Origin: an uncultured Chloroflexia bacterium
GTDB lineage: Bacteria; Chloroflexota; Anaerolineae; JAAYZQ01
Length of the DNA: 64,000 bases
Direction of reading: 5' to 3'
Assembly: GCA_963700285.1 (NCBI GenBank)
Contig: CAVOXA010000001.1
Location: 1,760,001 to 1,824,000 of the forward strand
Below, one piece after another: positions 61,500-64,000 of this stretch (positions within the stretch are counted from its first letter, which is position 1; every line of letters begins with the position of its first letter). The position numbers and the translations under genes were made by a program. The notes beneath the pieces are model-generated. The model saw only the letters and a list, made by a program, of their open reading frames with translations. It was not told the DNA's origin and ran no database searches.

Positions 61500-62282
61500 T
61501 CAAGGGAGTACCAGGTCGAGGCATCTCAACCAGAAGGCTGCATACTGCTCCCAAAAGACAAAGTTGCAGCCCCAGTGCGGCGCCGGGTCGGACATGTAGG
61601 CCAGGGTCTTGCCCCTTCCGAAGGAACCTACCGTGACCAGCGGATCGCCTGTTTCCCTGACGGAGAGCAGGATTGGACAGGCTTCCCGGGGCAGGGTCTT
61701 GTTGTAGCCCAGTATGGGTGGGAAGGCGGAAAAACTGATGCCATCAAATCGCTCAGTCCCGTGAGCCTCTATCTGAGCAGTGAAGCCTTCCGTGCTTTCC
61801 ACCAGGTCCTCGAAATCGAGGCACTGCACTGGCAGGATCTCCCGCAGCCTGGTCCGGTTCCAGCCACCCTTGCCCATTTCACCGGTGAAGGACAGCCAGC
61901 CGCCGAGGAACATGACGCCCTTGCCAGCCCGCACGGCATCGATGGTGAGGCGAATGCGATCCGGGAAAGTGAGGATCTGGGTCCCAAACTGTTCCCGGTC
62001 GAAAAAACTGGGGGCCAGTTGAAAGTTCTTGGCTTCAACGTCGCTGAAAATCAGGATATCGTATTCGTCCAGAATGCGCTCATACTCCCCGGGGCCCAGC
62101 TTGTAGAACTCCCAGGTGGGTACAGACTCGACCTGGTGCTGGCCGGTGGATTCCAGCGCCTCCTTTAGCCATTTGCCATAGTTGTAGGTCTCCAAGCCCT
62201 TGTAGGTATAGTTAAAGGGCGTTTCGGCAAAGACTGGGCCCAACATGATGGCCCAATCCCCTACGTAGTAGATCCGTGCCAT
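61500..62282 (-). CDS. Class I glutamine amidotransferase-like protein (DUF1355-type)
   Basis: YDILIFSDV, GVMFLGGWLSFTG, ILGYNK, SDPAPHWG. Confidence 0.8.
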   Translation of the reverse strand: MARIYYVGDWAIMLGPVFAETPFNYTYKGLETYNYGKWLKEALESTGQHQVESVPTWEFYKLGPGEYERILDEYDILIFSDVEAKNFQLAPSFFDREQFGTQILTFPDRIRLTIDAVRAGKGVMFLGGWLSFTGEMGKGGWNRTRLREILPVQCLDFEDLVESTEGFTAQIEAHGTERFDGISFSAFPPILGYNKTLPREACPILLSVRETGDPLVTVGSFGRGKTLAYMSDPAPHWGCNFVFWEQYAAFWLRCLDLVLP

Positions 62283-62351
62283 GTGAATCCCCTTTCTATG
62301 GGTCAAGAGCGCATATTGCCCAGGATCTGGTCAGCCCCGGTGATGGCCTGT

Positions 62352-63356
62352 TCAGGAGCCTGATAAAGGCAGGCTCACGGGCTGTCCCGATTCGGCTGAG
62401 GCATAAACGGCCAAGGCAACCTCCAGGGCTTTGTAACCGTCATCGCCGGTGACCGAGGGCTGGCGCGACTCGCGTATGGCGGCCACAAATTCCTCGACCA
62501 TGGCCTGATTCATGTCGGAGCCCCAATAGGACCAGGCGGTGTGCTGCTCCGGGCGGCCGTAGGTGGTCAGGTTCTGGCGGAAACCGTCCACGTTCACGAT
62601 GCCCCGCTCTCCGACCATCTCCATGGCCAGGCCGCCCCAGGTCGGGTAATGATGTGGCCGGCTCCAACTACAGTCGATGCTGGCAAAGGTACCGTTGGCG
62701 AAGGTTAGCATGATCAGGCCGCCGGTTTCAACGTCCACCTCATCGGCGTGCAAGATGTGGTTGGTCGTGGCATACACCTCTACCACCTCGCTGGCCAGGT
62801 ACCAGCGCAAGAGGTCGGCCAGGTGGACGGTGTGGTCCATGACCGCACCGCCGCCGGCCAGGTGCTCATCCACGAACCACTCCCGGTGGTGGCGCGGCAT
62901 CTGGCCCTGATTGGTGGTATTGCAGGCATAGACCTGGCCCAGTCCGCCGGCATCCAGCATGGCCTTGACCTCGAGCATCGGCGCGCTGAAGCGCATGGGA
63001 AAGGCCGTCATCAACAGGACGCCCGCCTCCCGGCAGGCATCGAGCATGGCCTGGGCTTCTGCCAGCGAGGTGGCCAGTGGTTTCTCGCTCATGACGTGGA
63101 CTCTGGCCGCGGCCGCCATCTCTACCAGCGGGCGGTGGTTTGCGTTCTCGGAGCAGACGAGCACGCCATCCGGCTCGTCCGCCAGCAGCGCCTCGTAGGA
63201 TGGATACTGCCGGGCAGCAAAGAGCGAGGCATAGTGCTGGCCACGCTCCGGCACGTCGTCAGCAATACCGATCAGTTCCACACCGGGAATGCTGCGCAGG
63301 TTGCCGATGTAGGCTTCGGCATGGTGGTGGGCAAAGCTCAGTATGCCAATTCTCAT
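62352..63356 (-). CDS. Gfo/Idh/MocA oxidoreductase
   Basis: MRIGILSFAH, HVMSEKPLA, GGGAVMDHTVH. Confidence 0.9.
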   Translation of the reverse strand: MRIGILSFAHHHAEAYIGNLRSIPGVELIGIADDVPERGQHYASLFAARQYPSYEALLADEPDGVLVCSENANHRPLVEMAAAARVHVMSEKPLATSLAEAQAMLDACREAGVLLMTAFPMRFSAPMLEVKAMLDAGGLGQVYACNTTNQGQMPRHHREWFVDEHLAGGGAVMDHTVHLADLLRWYLASEVVEVYATTNHILHADEVDVETGGLIMLTFANGTFASIDCSWSRPHHYPTWGGLAMEMVGERGIVNVDGFRQNLTTYGRPEQHTAWSYWGSDMNQAMVEEFVAAIRESRQPSVTGDDGYKALEVALAVYASAESGQPVSLPLSGS

Positions 63357-64000
63357 GCTGGTACCTCCGGCAAAAGTTGAAGGGCGACCGCGGCGCCGGT
63401 ATGGGCCGACTCGATGGCCGCCAGCGCGATCTGCAGGGCGGCCAGCCCGTCCTCGGCGCTGACCCGGACGTCCGTATCGTGAACCAGGGCGTTGTAGAAC
63501 TCTTGGATCTGCGTGGTATAGGGGCTCTCGCTGAGGGGGCTGCCCGGCAAGGGAACGTCGGGAGCTTGCTCCACCTTCTTCCTGGTGCAGACTGAGGCTG
63601 ATGGGGGCCGTGGCGTCCGAATTGAACTCGATCAGTCCCTGCGAACCGGCGAGCTCCAAGCTGGTGTGGAACTCGGGCGGCGGATAGGCCCACGAACCGG
63701 TGACGTGGGAGATGGCTCCATTCCGGTGGGTGAGGATGACCAGAGCCGTGGTCTACCGCGGCCTCAGGGTGGCTGGCGGTGATGCTCTTGGCAAAAACGC
63801 TGTCTACCTCGCCTGCCACCCAGCGGGCATAGTCCAGGTCGTGGATCATGAGGTCCAGCATCATCCCGCCCGACTTTTCAAAATCAACGAACCAGTTGTT
63901 GGCCGCCTTTTTGGGCTGGAAGGCCTCTCGCGCCAGGCGAAGCACGGCGACCTGGCCGATGTCACCGCGGTCTACTGCCGCCTTGGCCAGGGCGTATTCA
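63353..64000 (-). CDS. Gfo/Idh/MocA oxidoreductase (5' end off the window; frameshifted)
   Basis: WFVDFEKSGGMMLDLMIHDLDYARW; DGLAALQIALAAIESA. Confidence 0.8.

Noticed and set aside
17230-63800. Numerous frameshifted genes as genuine pseudogenes or programmed frameshifts
   Set aside because: Indels are scattered, often compensating, and hit highly conserved motifs in otherwise intact genes, a pattern typical of uncorrected long-read consensus. It cannot be resolved without reads.

Overview
GC-rich bacterial chromosome segment. Gene content and style suggest Chloroflexota, probably Anaerolineae-like (inference). Many genes at about 17, 22-47 and 58-64 kb carry 1-bp indels, most likely long-read or assembly errors. 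Layout: (1) 1-6.8 kb, minus-strand operon of five FHA-domain genes, including an FHA-Ser/Thr kinase-FHA and a secreted vWA-TM-FHA protein. (2) 7.3-12 kb, sortase / GT2 / LPATG-ending DUF11 protein / DUF4012 operon. (3) 12.3-16.3 kb, two secreted clan-A glycoside-hydrolase-like proteins carrying a recurring xLPLVxR motif. (4) 16.4-49.4 kb, a ~33-kb minus-strand surface-glycan locus: Wzc-like kinase, priming transferase, about 9 GT2/GT4, GT-C, two O-antigen-ligase-like proteins, Wzm/Wzt, methyltransferases, Asn-synthetase-like, B12 radical SAM and acyltransferase. (5) 50.5-57.4 kb, PAS/GAF histidine kinase, NarL-type regulator, and DUF1269/PRC-barrel/HdeD genes. (6) 58-64 kb, arylsulfatase, LURP-one-like, GATase and two Gfo/Idh/MocA genes. 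The most striking signal is inside the glycan locus. Small passenger genes sit between glycan genes, each bracketed by its own short-period repeat family: a GxxExxY gene inside 9-nt-period palindromes between wzm and wzt, and a four-helix-bundle gene inside 8-nt-period tracts. Orphan 7-, 8- and 9-nt tracts also occur at other junctions and inside coding loops. No rRNA, tRNA or CRISPR array was seen.
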